From a virus (taxonomy: Duplodnaviria > Caudoviricetes): 58,460 bases of DNA. Position numbers and translations under genes: made by a program. The first letter of the stretch is position 1, and every line of letters starts with the position of its first letter. Where the stretch lies: positions 1-58,460 of IMG/VR virus record IMGVR_UViG_3300008116_000046; one strand, written 5' to 3'. Below the pieces are notes generated by a model. It did not search any database, was not told the origin of the DNA, and was given only the letters and a program-made list of their open reading frames with translations. Below, in pieces: positions 1 through 7,887 of this stretch.

Positions 1-1
1 T

Positions 2-214
2 GATTATGATACTCTGCTTGTGAAAGAAGTATCTGATGAAGAAGGAACAACTTATACTGATACGACAATGTGTATTCCTGTTTGGTTGTGCCCTTGGTTG
101 CAAGGATTCTTTGGCGAAGTTCCTGAGGAGATTTACATCAAAGTGCGTCCAATTAACAAAGGTCTTGAGTCTTTTGTTGCTGCTACTGGTATGAAAGGGT
201 TTTTGGATAAATAA
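2..214 (+). CDS. 5'-truncated hypothetical protein (WLCP..FF...PEEIY motif, DUF6717-like)
   Basis: Frame is open from the window edge; family recalled from the C-terminal motif only. Confidence 0.6.
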   Translation, partial: DYDTLLVKEVSDEEGTTYTDTTMCIPVWLCPWLQGFFGEVPEEIYIKVRPINKGLESFVAATGMKGFLDK

Positions 215-229
215 CTAGAAAAGATTACA

Positions 230-388
230 ATGAAACCAACACCAAGAGAACTACAAGAAACATATCAAACCTACGAAAGTCTTGTAGAACATTTAACATC
301 AGAAGGTTATGCTGATGATAGAGAATCTGCAGATAAAATCATCGCTGGTATGAGTGAAACTTGGTACAATTTTATAGTTAAAGAATGA
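230..388 (+). CDS. 52-aa protein, stand-alone HLxxEGYA...MSExW module
   Basis: Translated by hand: MKPTPRELQE...HLTSEGYADDRESADKIIAGMSETW; ATAAATA late-promoter-like box at 208-214. Confidence 0.7.
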   Translation: MKPTPRELQETYQTYESLVEHLTSEGYADDRESADKIIAGMSETWYNFIVKE

Positions 389-564
389 AATTTCCTTTTG
401 ACCACATAGTAAAAGTACCAGAAAAAGAAGTTTGGTTAAGATGCGAGAGTGCTATTACTGCTATGGGTATTAGCACTCTTATGAATAAGTTTTATCCAGG
501 ATTCACTGCAAAAATATGCAGTGAAGATTACTTAAATACACTGAAGAACCAGTTGGCGAACTGA
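385..564 (+). CDS. 59-aa hypothetical protein
   Basis: ATGA overlap with the upstream gene; MKFPFDHIVK...; stop lies inside palindrome copy 1. Confidence 0.65.
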   Translation: MKFPFDHIVKVPEKEVWLRCESAITAMGISTLMNKFYPGFTAKICSEDYLNTLKNQLAN

Positions 565-603
565 CCACTGACCTCCCCAAGGGCACCGATCCTGTGCTAT
601 GAT
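546..603 (+). promoter_or_regulatory. Palindrome-promoter element 1 (degenerate)
   Basis: GAACCAG-N8-CTGACCA, 30 bp, then TATGAT with TG extension. Confidence 0.6.
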
Positions 604-623
604 TACTAGGTAATCGAAAGAGA

Positions 624-845
624 TTGATGGAAGTCCTTGAATTCACTGACTCTTCTGCTATTGCAAAGATTCAGTTTGATGATGAGCAAAGTCAAGTTGG
701 TGTAGCATATACCTATAAACCAGAACACTTTTATGTTTTTGGTTGTGAAGACCTTGATTATGTTCGCCTTCACATCAAAACTGTCGAGAGTGTGGGTAAG
801 TTCATTGCCCAGATGAGAAAAGAAGGAACATTGCAAAGTATTTAA
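624..845 (+). CDS. KTSC-domain-like small protein
   Basis: SSAIAKIQFD...Y.F...SVGKFI pattern resembles KTSC. Confidence 0.55.
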   Translation: MMEVLEFTDSSAIAKIQFDDEQSQVGVAYTYKPEHFYVFGCEDLDYVRLHIKTVESVGKFIAQMRKEGTLQSI

Positions 846-1021
846 TGGAAGGATTTATAGTTGGGGATGGTAGTTATGCTGCCATCCCTTTTGGTACAAA
901 GGGATTCATTATTATTCATAATGGACAACAACTCGAACGTCTTTGTAAAACTGAAGAAACTGCAAGAAAATACATCAACGACCACAAGAAGGGTAAGTCA
1001 GTAGCAAAACTTCCATTGTGA
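845..1021 (+). CDS. 58-aa hypothetical protein
   Basis: TAATG coupling; MEGFIVGDGSYAAIPFG...; stop inside element 2. Confidence 0.65.
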   Translation: MEGFIVGDGSYAAIPFGTKGFIIIHNGQQLERLCKTEETARKYINDHKKGKSVAKLPL

Positions 1022-1075
1022 CGGTCTTTTGACTGGCACATAGATCTCCCATATGGGCACCGGATGCCCTATACT
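1018..1075 (+). promoter_or_regulatory. Palindrome-promoter element 2
   Basis: GTGACGG-N8-CTGGCAC, 30 bp, TATACT. Confidence 0.7.
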
Positions 1076-1101
1076 ACATTTGTTGATTTGAGGAACCTAC
1101 C

Positions 1102-1506
1102 ATCTCTACTCGCGGAAGAATTGGAATTGAACTTAAGAATGGTTCTATTCTTTCAGTATATCATCACTGGGACTCATATGAATCTTGGTTGGGTCGGATT
1201 CTAAAAACTCATTACAACACCCGCCAGAAAGTTTCAGAACTTATTGATGGCGGAGATATGAGTTCTTGTTGGACTGATAATCGTTGGGATGATAGTGCTG
1301 ATGGTTCTTATGGTCCTCAATACTATTCCCAGCGGGGTGATGATTCCCCTCCTCGTCTAGATGAGAATCTATCAGAGTATCTACGCATTAGAACTAGTGA
1401 AGAGTATCATTATCTCTTCACTCAATCTGGCGAATGGGTTTGTTATGATATGCATAATGACCTCCCCAACCTGATTGAAATTCCCACCGCAGCATTGATG
1501 GTATGA
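1102..1506 (+). CDS. Phage hypothetical protein (STRxRIG...SVYHHWD type) with ATC at the expected start position
   Basis: Frame extends 29 codons upstream of the 1189 track start; GAGGA RBS at 1090-1094. Confidence 0.65.
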   Translation: MSTRGRIGIELKNGSILSVYHHWDSYESWLGRILKTHYNTRQKVSELIDGGDMSSCWTDNRWDDSADGSYGPQYYSQRGDDSPPRLDENLSEYLRIRTSEEYHYLFTQSGEWVCYDMHNDLPNLIEIPTAALMV

Positions 1507-1669
1507 TTGAACTTCTTGCATCTGCACTTATTGCATCTTCTAATCAATCAGAAAAAATCAATAAGTTTTGTGCTTATGTTGTAGGAATTCCATATGCATC
1601 TGATAATTTTACAGATGAAGAATGGAGTCGTTTTGTTTATTGCCGCGAACACTTGAGAATTAACTGATT

Positions 1670-1852
1670 ATGAAAGCTCTGGGTCTTGTATTTGGAGTTG
1701 TTGTTCTTGTAACAGCAAGTCTCTTAATTGAAGCGTGGTTGCTTGGCATCATTCTTCCTTGGTTTGATGTATCATTGACATTCTGGCAAAACTTTACTAT
1801 CATTGTTCTCGCTAATATGATTTTCAAAAACACTGGAGTTTCTTCTAAATGA
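1670..1852 (+). CDS. Small membrane protein
   Basis: Two hydrophobic segments. Confidence 0.6.
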   Translation: MKALGLVFGVVVLVTASLLIEAWLLGIILPWFDVSLTFWQNFTIIVLANMIFKNTGVSSK

Positions 1853-1967
1853 TTACTACGATTATGGCAGGATTTGCCTTTGGTTATTGTGTAATGGATA
1901 TTATCCAAAACTATCGTGCTCGTCGCACTATGAATGAACTGCTGAAATCTACTCTGGAGAATGACAA

Positions 1968-2372
1968 ATGACACAAGACAACACTATGCGGAACGCCACT
2001 ATTATTGGTGTTTCGTTCATTCTCTCTCTGTTTATCATCAATGCTGTAGTTGGTCCACTCTATAATGTGTGGGCTCAATCTCTACAAGGTAAAGCAGAAC
2101 TTCAGAAAGCAGAATATACCCGACAGGTGGCAGTTCTTGAAGCCCAAGCAAAGAAAGATTCTGCACAACAACTTGCCGATGCTGAAGTGATCCGTGCTCA
2201 AGGTGTTGCCAAGGCAAACCAGATCATCGGCAACTCCCTCAAAGATAACCGTGAGTATCTTCAGTATCTGTATATCACTGGTCTTGAGGAAGGTGCAAAC
2301 AAAGGTAATGTGACCATCTATGTTCCCACTGAGGGTGGTATGCCTGTTCCTACTCTTCAAATGAATAAATGA
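1968..2372 (+). CDS. Membrane-anchored coiled-coil protein (SPFH/prohibitin C-terminal-like)
   Basis: N-terminal TM, AE/AQ-rich helix, AEVIRAQGVAKANQII, YVPTEGGMP; GGAG RBS. Confidence 0.65.
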   Translation: MTQDNTMRNATIIGVSFILSLFIINAVVGPLYNVWAQSLQGKAELQKAEYTRQVAVLEAQAKKDSAQQLADAEVIRAQGVAKANQIIGNSLKDNREYLQYLYITGLEEGANKGNVTIYVPTEGGMPVPTLQMNK

Positions 2373-2628
2373 ACTATAAGCACATTGTTGCTGGATTGAT
2401 TGGTATTTCACTCATTGCTGGGTGGAATATCTTTCTTGCTCAACGTGATGAAAAACTTTATTCCAAATATTATTATTCTAACGTCAAAAGATAGTCTAAA
2501 AATATGACTTTTATTCTTGGTATGGGAGTTGGTATTCTTTTGACTATAGGAACTGCACTCATAGTCGCCAGCGACATTGACAAAGACGACAATTAATTCT
2601 AAACTTAAGAGGTAATTTACAAAAACAA

Positions 2629-2859
2629 ATGAAGTATCTGTACATTGTTGACTACTGGGTTCCTTTTCCTTCTTCTGAGTATGGCGGACTAATCAATGTT
2701 ATTGCCGAAAATGATATTGAGTGCCACGATATTCTACGAGACTCAGATGATTATGATGACCGATACGAAAGTAAAATTATGGAGCGTGTAGTTGCTGCTC
2801 CTCGTTTTGCTCTTGCAAATGAAGAAGAATCTAAAATTGTTGAACACTTTACCACCTGA
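2629..2859 (+). CDS. Hypothetical protein (YIVDYWVPFPSSEYGG)
   Basis: Clean ORF in the + strand early cluster. Confidence 0.7.
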   Translation: MKYLYIVDYWVPFPSSEYGGLINVIAENDIECHDILRDSDDYDDRYESKIMERVVAAPRFALANEEESKIVEHFTT

Positions 2860-3032
2860 TTATGACACATAATATTGCTCATACCAACAAGATGTTGTTT
2901 GACCTAAAGCAAATGTATCAAACAAGGATTTCCTCTCTCCAAGATAAAATCAATGAACAAGAGCAAGAAATTGCTAAACTTAAGACATTGATTTCTCTTC
3001 TAACTATTGATAGGGAATATGATTGCTAATTT

Positions 3033-3269
3033 ATGTCTTATGATCCAAAAGTTAATGACTATGTAAAGTGGTCTAAAGGTGTTGAGGGTTGGGTTTATTT
3101 CAAAAGCAAAGAATACATTACGATCGAATACTCTGTCCGACCAAAGGATGAGGTGAATTATGGGTGCTGCTCTATTCACGCAAATGAAAGATTGCTTGTT
3201 CTTTGTTATAATGAGGATTGGAATAAATTAGAATATGTTAGATCAAGACAATCAATTTATGAAAAGTAG
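3033..3269 (+). CDS. Hypothetical protein (EGWVYFK)
   Basis: Clean ORF in the + strand early cluster. Confidence 0.7.
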   Translation: MSYDPKVNDYVKWSKGVEGWVYFKSKEYITIEYSVRPKDEVNYGCCSIHANERLLVLCYNEDWNKLEYVRSRQSIYEK

Positions 3270-3534
3270 GAAAACTCTATTTCGTCTCATTGCCAAAGCA
3301 CTAGGTGAAAAAGCAAGTAAATGTGATAAGGAAGCAGATAAAGTAGCAATTATCCGCTTCCTTATGTTTCTTTCCATCTTTATTACCAACGGGTTTATTG
3401 TCTTCAATGCAATAAGAACTCATATTATCCAGGCAGAACCTAAACCCGTCAGGTGTATTATCGAATCTTCTGTTCTTCCAGCATATCAGACTCCACAACC
3501 AAAGGAATTGAATACTTCTTTTGAATACGAGTAA
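3259..3534 (+). CDS. Small membrane protein (KALGEKAS..DKEAD)
   Basis: ATG at 3259; one TM segment. Confidence 0.65.
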   Translation: MKSRKTLFRLIAKALGEKASKCDKEADKVAIIRFLMFLSIFITNGFIVFNAIRTHIIQAEPKPVRCIIESSVLPAYQTPQPKELNTSFEYE

Positions 3535-3535
3535 A

Positions 3536-3543
3536 TATAAATA
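3536..3543 (+). promoter_or_regulatory. T4-type late promoter TATAAATA
   Basis: Exact T4 gp55 late-promoter consensus upstream of ATG 3569. Confidence 0.7.
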
Positions 3544-3568
3544 TTCTTATAGTGCCCCCAAAATACAA

Positions 3569-4198
3569 ATGAATTCAAAAGATTTCCACACTTTGCAAGA
3601 AGCATATTTGAGTGTTTATGAATCACAGTCTCTAGAAGAGGGTCTTCGTTCTGCTGTAAAGAGACTTCTTGGTGGTAAGAAAAAAGAAGTAAAAGCATCC
3701 GAACCTGAAAGTAGAGGTGCATATCTTCGTAGAAGATATAATGTCGGGCCAGAAAGATCAGATACTTCTGCAAAGAGACAAATCTTAGATAGATCTCGTG
3801 CAAGAAAGGATAGAGACGAAGCAAAGTATGGTGATTCTGTATATACTAAAAAAGTCGCTCAACAATCTGCAGATGCACACGACCGTTATTTGAGAGCAGG
3901 TTATAGTAAGTATGGCGCTGATCTGAAGCATGGTCGTGGTAGTAAAGCAGCAAAAAGAGCAGCAGCACTTCAAAGAGAAAATCTTGAATGGATTGTAGAT
4001 ACTCTAGTTAATGAAGGGTATGATCTTTCGTCATACACTTGGAATGATATGTATGAAATCTGTACTGAGGAATTGGCAGATCTTTATGATGTCCTTTTCA
4101 ATCATCTACTTGATGAAGGATATGCCGAAACACAAGAAGCAGCAGAAGCAATTATGGAGTGTATGAGTGAAGAGTGGGTTGATAGTATTTTAAAATAA
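3569..4198 (+). CDS. Putative internal virion protein
   Basis: Late promoter; LQEAY..VYE..LEE N-terminus, basic core, C-terminal LLDEGYAE...MSEEW module. Confidence 0.6.
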   Translation: MNSKDFHTLQEAYLSVYESQSLEEGLRSAVKRLLGGKKKEVKASEPESRGAYLRRRYNVGPERSDTSAKRQILDRSRARKDRDEAKYGDSVYTKKVAQQSADAHDRYLRAGYSKYGADLKHGRGSKAAKRAAALQRENLEWIVDTLVNEGYDLSSYTWNDMYEICTEELADLYDVLFNHLLDEGYAETQEAAEAIMECMSEEWVDSILK

Positions 4199-4213
4199 AA
4201 CCCGAATAATAAA

Positions 4214-4237
4214 AAAGGAGGGGTAAAACCCTCCTTT
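4214..4237. terminator. Intrinsic terminator between convergent genes
   Basis: AAAGGAGGG-GTAAAA-CCCTCCTTT with flanking A and T runs. Confidence 0.75.
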
Positions 4238-4241
4238 AATA

Positions 4242-4445
4242 TTATTTGGAACTTACGAAATCATTGATGATTTGTGCTTGTTCCAGGACTTTATCTAAAG
4301 TTGGAAACTCTGGATAATCTATTTTTACTGTATTCTCTGAATTATCATTCCAAACACGAGCAGTGTCATATTCAATACTAAACTGATCGTTCATCATAGC
4401 ATATGCTTGCTTGAAGACTTCGAAGCGAAGTTCGTAAGGTGTCAT
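4242..4445 (-). CDS. Hypothetical protein (MTPYELRFEVFKQA)
   Basis: AGGAG RBS on the minus strand; terminator immediately downstream. Confidence 0.75.
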   Translation of the reverse strand: MTPYELRFEVFKQAYAMMNDQFSIEYDTARVWNDNSENTVKIDYPEFPTLDKVLEQAQIINDFVSSK

Positions 4446-4527
4446 AGGTATTCTCCTAATGTGTGTGATGTGTGAGTATAATACTCAACATTTATTATAC
4501 AATAAATAATCAAAAAGTCAAGAGATA

Positions 4528-4752
4528 ATGAAAACTTTTCAGCAATTTCAAGAAAATATAGAACAACTTAGAAAAGGTCTTGAAACTCTTGAACGTCAAT
4601 CTGCACCAAGAGAAAGACTTGCTGCAAGAAGAGCAGCAGCAAGACAAAGAAGTAGAACTCTTGCATCAGATTTTCAACGAAGACAAAAAGAAAAGATGCG
4701 AGCACAAAGAGAAAGAATGCAGAAAGAGGAATTGCAGACTGGGACACTTTAA
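4528..4752 (+). CDS. Putative internal head protein with capsid-targeting-like N-terminus
   Basis: AATAAATA at 4501-4508; MKTFQQFQE resembles the T4 internal-protein signal MKTYQEFIAE; Arg-rich helix. Confidence 0.55.
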   Translation: MKTFQQFQENIEQLRKGLETLERQSAPRERLAARRAAARQRSRTLASDFQRRQKEKMRAQRERMQKEELQTGTL

Positions 4753-4798
4753 GAACCGTCCCTCACCCCTTCCCAGACCCCCCAGGATGGTGTATGAT
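4741..4798 (+). promoter_or_regulatory. Palindrome-promoter element 3
   Basis: GGGACAC-N8-CCGTCCC, 30 bp, TATGAT. Confidence 0.7.
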
Positions 4799-4824
4799 AC
4801 TTAAGTTCAGATGAGGACAGGTCA

Positions 4825-4959
4825 ATGGACGATTTTGATGATTTTCAAATTGAAGAGATTTCTGGTTTTGATTTTGCAGAGGCATCATTTGATGGACTCT
4901 TCGATGAAGATGAAGACCAAGCATTCAATACTTTTTTGAAGAGCAATTACGATTATTGA
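4825..4959 (+). CDS. 44-aa very acidic protein
   Basis: MDDFDDFQIEEISGFDFAEASFDGLFDEDEDQAF...; GAGGA RBS; first gene after element 3. Confidence 0.6.
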   Translation: MDDFDDFQIEEISGFDFAEASFDGLFDEDEDQAFNTFLKSNYDY

Positions 4960-5006
4960 TGTTTGCTTCTATTCTTATTCGTCATCATTTTAATAACCTT
5001 GCAACT

Positions 5007-5192
5007 ATGACACCCGATACATACAATTTTACTGGAGATGCTGTCACAATCCTTGGTTTTGTTGGTGTTGTTTCGGCGCTTGTTATTGTTAATGTTGCTT
5101 TCCGTAGGTTCTTCAATAGTCCTTACAATGTTCGCGTAAATACTCAATCCAACAACGAAACCCCCGAACTTTATACCGAAACCAATGACTGA
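5007..5192 (+). CDS. Small membrane protein
   Basis: MTPDTYNFTGDAV then a TM segment then RRFFNSPYN. Confidence 0.6.
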   Translation: MTPDTYNFTGDAVTILGFVGVVSALVIVNVAFRRFFNSPYNVRVNTQSNNETPELYTETND

Positions 5193-5376
5193 TACTGTAA
5201 ATGTTCTTCCGCACCTTCAAGAACTTCAACAAACTTGGAGGCGGCAAGATTTCAATCTGACTCAATCTCAAAAAGAACAATATGAAATGCTCCTTCAAGC
5301 AAGGCGAGAACGAGTAAAATACTTTTATGATAATGGTCTAGTCTCAAAGGGTCGCACTAAGACGGACACTCCCTGA
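5185..5376 (+). CDS. Hypothetical protein
   Basis: Overlaps upstream stop; ends inside element 4. Confidence 0.65.
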   Translation: MTDTVNVLPHLQELQQTWRRQDFNLTQSQKEQYEMLLQARRERVKYFYDNGLVSKGRTKTDTP

Positions 5377-5421
5377 ACTGGCACAAGAGGGGTTGCGGGG
5401 TGCCCCAAACCCTGCTATATT
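5363..5421 (+). promoter_or_regulatory. Palindrome-promoter element 4
   Basis: CGGACAC-N8-CTGGCAC, 31 bp, TATATT with TG extension. Confidence 0.7.
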
Positions 5422-5450
5422 ACATATGTTCCTGAGAAACGAACCACCCA

Positions 5451-5636
5451 ATGGTTATTGATCAAACCAATAGTCTCCAAAAAAACTATAACTTTGATCT
5501 TCTACAAGATATTTGTAGCACTCGCATTGAAACTGCAAACTTCTTCCTTGGAATCTACGAAACTCTTGATGATTATGAAGTAGAGAGTGAATACTACCGC
5601 GAAGAGATTGCACAGTATAAACTTTATGACGTGTGA
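5451..5636 (+). CDS. Acidic hypothetical protein
   Basis: Only gene between elements 4 and 5. Confidence 0.6.
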   Translation: MVIDQTNSLQKNYNFDLLQDICSTRIETANFFLGIYETLDDYEVESEYYREEIAQYKLYDV

Positions 5637-5691
5637 CAGTCTTTGAACCGGCACAGGACCTCTTGACCTGCTGCCGGTTTCCTGCTACAAT
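5633..5691 (+). promoter_or_regulatory. Palindrome-promoter element 5
   Basis: GTGACAG-N8-CCGGCAC; TTGACC at 5663, 17 bp, TACAAT with TG extension. Confidence 0.75.
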
Positions 5692-5717
5692 ACATTCATA
5701 CAAAACAAACCAACTTT

Positions 5718-5861
5718 ATGAAGTACGTTGTTGAACTTTATGTTGGAGGAAAGGTCTTCAAAGAAGAAGTGCAGGCAGTAAATCCAAAAGATGCGCGAGA
5801 AACTGCTCTTGCAAGAAATCCCACAGCAAAAGTAGTGGGTGTTAATGTATCTTTCAAGTGA
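5718..5861 (+). CDS. 47-aa hypothetical protein (ALARNPTAKV)
   Basis: Translated by hand; first gene after element 5. Confidence 0.65.
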   Translation: MKYVVELYVGGKVFKEEVQAVNPKDARETALARNPTAKVVGVNVSFK

Positions 5862-6142
5862 GTTCAATGACTACTGACTTCGCCAATTCAAATCTTTCTA
5901 AGATTCGCCCCAAACTTCGCACTCAGGGAGTTGTTTCTGGCAATTTCGGGAAAGCAAAGGTAAAATCAGGTTCTTCTCTTAAAGAACTTGGCAATACCAA
6001 TGTTAAAGTAGTTAAATGTGCTACTCAAGATGAGTATCTCACTCGTCTTTACAAAGCATTTGACGCAACTGAAGATCCTAAACTAAAGAAGTTTATTTAC
6101 ACCGAAATCCGCAAAATCCACGTTCAACGAGGTGAATGGTAA
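5858..6142 (+). CDS. Hypothetical protein
   Basis: Clean ORF; KIRPKLRTQG.VSGNFG. Confidence 0.7.
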   Translation: MSSMTTDFANSNLSKIRPKLRTQGVVSGNFGKAKVKSGSSLKELGNTNVKVVKCATQDEYLTRLYKAFDATEDPKLKKFIYTEIRKIHVQRGEW

Positions 6143-6321
6143 TGAGTGAAATACGAACTGGAATACTGGCAGAGTGTGATATTCGCAGAGCAGTGAAACA
6201 ACACTTGCTTGATTGTTTGAAACGTCCAGAATACTATAATTATCCTCACGCCGATCTTGTTGCAGATTATACCAAAAAGATCAAAGATATTGATGAATTT
6301 CTAGAGAAGTTTGATAAGTAA
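6136..6321 (+). CDS. Hypothetical protein
   Basis: Coupled ORF. Confidence 0.55.
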   Translation: MVMSEIRTGILAECDIRRAVKQHLLDCLKRPEYYNYPHADLVADYTKKIKDIDEFLEKFDK

Positions 6322-6347
6322 TTTTTGAGTGTATAACTAATACTACT

Positions 6348-6405
6348 GTGCCACCTTTTGAAGTGGCACAATAACCTTTACGGGGCGCGGTCAGCGTGCT
6401 ATGAT
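6348..6405 (+). promoter_or_regulatory. Palindrome-promoter element 6
   Basis: Perfect GTGCCAC-N8-GTGGCAC, 30 bp, TATGAT with TG extension. Confidence 0.8.
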
Positions 6406-6431
6406 ACATTCATCAAGTCAAGGAGGTCTCA

Positions 6432-6575
6432 ATGGTTATTAAAAATCAGATTCTTATGGACACTTATGGAGAGTTTGCTTTGAATTATCTTGGAATTGAT
6501 CTTGAGGATTATATTGAACTCATTAGCGATTATGATGTCAAAGATGAGGAACTTGATTACTCCTTGAGCGTTTGA
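6432..6575 (+). CDS. 47-aa acidic hypothetical protein
   Basis: AGGAGG RBS; first gene after element 6. Confidence 0.6.
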   Translation: MVIKNQILMDTYGEFALNYLGIDLEDYIELISDYDVKDEELDYSLSV

Positions 6576-6599
6576 TACATAGACCGCCGCAGTTCGGTC

Positions 6600-6607
6600 T
6601 ATAAATA
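6600..6607 (+). promoter_or_regulatory. Late promoter TATAAATA upstream of tRNA-Ala
   Basis: Consensus match overlapping the hairpin ATAGACCG/CGGTCTAT (6579-6602). Confidence 0.6.
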
Positions 6608-6617
6608 TAAACTGTTC

Positions 6618-6688
6618 GGGGAATTAGTTAAACGGTATAACGGGTGCTTTGCAAGCACTTATTAGGAGTTCGATTCTCCTATTCTCCA
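6618..6688 (+). tRNA. tRNA-Ala(UGC)
   Basis: Acceptor GGGGAAT/ATTCTCC with G3:U70; anticodon arm GGTGC-TTTGCAA-GCACT; T arm AGGAG-TTCGATT-CTCCT; CCA not encoded. Confidence 0.93.
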
Positions 6689-6728
6689 TTGGGAATTACA
6701 TTCCCAAATTACCCACTCACATTTTACT

Positions 6729-6911
6729 ATGTCTGTCGAACTGATTGAATTCGCTGCTGAGATCGCTGATACCAATCCTGAGGGTGCTCAACTGATTATC
6801 AATCTCACCAAGGCAGAGACTGGTGCAGAAATCCTTGAAGCACTTGATAGTTATGATTCTGCATTGATTGAAAACTGTGTTCAATCTGTAGAAAACGCTG
6901 TTGCTGTCTGA
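6729..6911 (+). CDS. Acidic hypothetical protein
   Basis: Clean ORF. Confidence 0.6.
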   Translation: MSVELIEFAAEIADTNPEGAQLIINLTKAETGAEILEALDSYDSALIENCVQSVENAVAV

Positions 6912-6950
6912 GTTCTAATTCAAATTCAAATCAACTAACTAATTTTTATT

Positions 6951-7202
6951 ATGGCACGTCGTTGCAACTCTGCTTCCCGTCAAGTGGTTGAAAATCTTCA
7001 AGATCAACTTGTTGAGTATTTTCAAGAAAATGTCCTTGATGATTGTGATTACCGAGATATGACTGGTTCCGAACTTCTTGAGGCACTGGTTGGTACTTTC
7101 CGAGAACTAGAAAGTGAAATTCAAAAGAAACTGAACCCTCTTCAGTTTGTACTCAACAAACTGGAACCGAAAGATATCAATTCTCAGCACATTGATGTTT
7201 GA
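6951..7202 (+). CDS. Hypothetical protein
   Basis: Clean ORF followed by a terminator. Confidence 0.65.
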   Translation: MARRCNSASRQVVENLQDQLVEYFQENVLDDCDYRDMTGSELLEALVGTFRELESEIQKKLNPLQFVLNKLEPKDINSQHIDV

Positions 7203-7208
7203 ATAATT

Positions 7209-7229
7209 GGGAGCACTGCTCCCTTTTTT
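7209..7229 (+). terminator. Intrinsic terminator
   Basis: GGGAGC-ACT-GCTCCC-TTTTTT. Confidence 0.7.
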
Positions 7230-7231
7230 AT

Positions 7232-7303
7232 GGGCACATAGTTAAGCGGATATAACCTTCGCCTTCTAAGCGAATGTCCCTGGTTCGATTCCAGGTGTGC
7301 CTG
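7232..7303 (+). tRNA. tRNA-Arg(UCU)
   Basis: Acceptor GGGCACA/TGTGCCT; anticodon arm TTCGC-CTTCTAA-GCGAA; T arm CCTGG-TTCGATT-CCAGG; CCA not encoded. Confidence 0.93.
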
Positions 7304-7324
7304 CTACTCTTTATTCATTCAAAA

Positions 7325-7576
7325 ATGACTATTCTTCATATCGAAAGCATTTTCCAAGACGAATTTGGTATTGTGAATGTTAATGCAATAATTGAAGATA
7401 TGGTTGTGATTATTCCACAAACTTATAACTATCCCGCAGAATATGGATCTGCATTGTGCGAAGCATCATTTGAACTTGACGAAGATGAAACTCTTCCTGA
7501 TAAGGAATCGGATCTAATCCAATTCCTTGAGAAACTTAATTTGGATTGGATTATCATAGATACTAGCGATTACTGA
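7325..7576 (+). CDS. Acidic hypothetical protein (PAEYGSALC)
   Basis: ATG at 7325; the track start at 7274 falls inside the tRNA. Confidence 0.65.
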   Translation: MTILHIESIFQDEFGIVNVNAIIEDMVVIIPQTYNYPAEYGSALCEASFELDEDETLPDKESDLIQFLEKLNLDWIIIDTSDY

Positions 7577-7681
7577 GTAAAACAATGAAGGATCTAACGC
7601 TAGATGAAATGCTTGAGATTGCTGCAGAAAGAGAAGCAGCGAACGAAGCACTACTAAAACAACATCAAGAGGGTGATGCTA

Positions 7682-7739
7682 GGGACAGTTCTTCAAGTGT
7701 CCCTACAGACCCCCACAGCGCCCTCTGATGCCCTATCAT
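7682..7739 (+). promoter_or_regulatory. Palindrome-promoter element 7
   Basis: GGGACAG-N8-GTGTCCC, 30 bp, TATCAT. Confidence 0.7.
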
Positions 7740-7761
7740 AGTCCTATGAGACATCAAGGCA

Positions 7762-7887
7762 ATGACTACACCAAATTGGCAACACAATTCAGGAAAGGAT
7801 AAAACTACAAAAGGAACTTGCAAGGGGAAACTCAAAGCAAGGAAACAGGCATTACAATCACTCAAACGCAAACTGAACATTAAGTAA
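7762..7887 (+). CDS. 41-aa basic protein (MTTPNWQHNSGK)
   Basis: Translated by hand; TAATG coupling to the next gene. Confidence 0.65.
   Translation: MTTPNWQHNSGKDKTTKGTCKGKLKARKQALQSLKRKLNIK

Noticed and set aside
7274-7324. Track start of ORF 7274-7576
   Set aside because: Lies inside tRNA-Arg; ATG at 7325 is the plausible start.
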